DNA from: Lama glama
Taxonomy: Eukaryota
Assembly (NCBI GenBank): GCA_028534125.1
Contig: CM052817.1
Location: 15,502,001 to 15,566,000, forward strand
Length of the DNA stretch: 64,000 nucleotides
Reading direction: 5' to 3'
Both the position numbers and the translations under genes were made by a program. Below the pieces are notes generated by a model. That model did no database searches. It worked only from the letters and a program-made list of their open reading frames with translations, and had not been told where the DNA came from. Below, in pieces: positions 63,894 to 64,000 of the stretch. Position 1 is the first letter of the stretch. The number at the start of each line of letters is the position of its first letter.

Positions 63894-64000
63894 GGGTCTC
63901 TGACATAATGTTGAGTGACTGAAGAAGCTTCTCACGGGAGGTGACATTTGAACTGACTCCTGAGTGACAAGAAGAAACTAAAATGATAACTTCTAAGAGC

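Noticed and set aside
1..64000. CRISPR arrays, operons, tRNA/rRNA genes, NUMTs, processed pseudogenes or non-retroviral viral inserts
   Set aside because: No regularly spaced repeats, no long coding-like stretch and no structural-RNA signature seen by eye; a highly decayed relic could have been missed without BLAST or Infernal

Overview
AT-rich eutherian non-coding DNA (intergenic or deep intronic) with no recognisable protein-coding gene, structural RNA gene or CRISPR array. More than half of the window is decayed interspersed repeats: L1 of several ages, L2, CR1/L3, MIR, MaLR/ERVL/ERV1 solo LTRs, MER5 and Tigger DNA transposons, and microsatellites. The youngest L1 3' ends are cetartiodactyl-type. 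I see no Alu, B1/B2, Bov-tA/BovB, PRE-1, CHR-2 or Can-SINE, so a camelid origin is my inference. The only ORF-track peptides I can recognise are retroelement relics (L1 ORF1, endonuclease, RT and C-terminus; CR1 ORF2). Points worth a second look: two candidate small exons, a POU/SOX motif cluster, a CTCF-like site in a repeat-free block, a solo ERV1-type LTR with intact promoter signals, nested insertions with readable TSDs, and an apparently GC-shifted LTR. I found no convincing novel biological system. Family names come from remembered consensus features, and most repeat boundaries are approximate.
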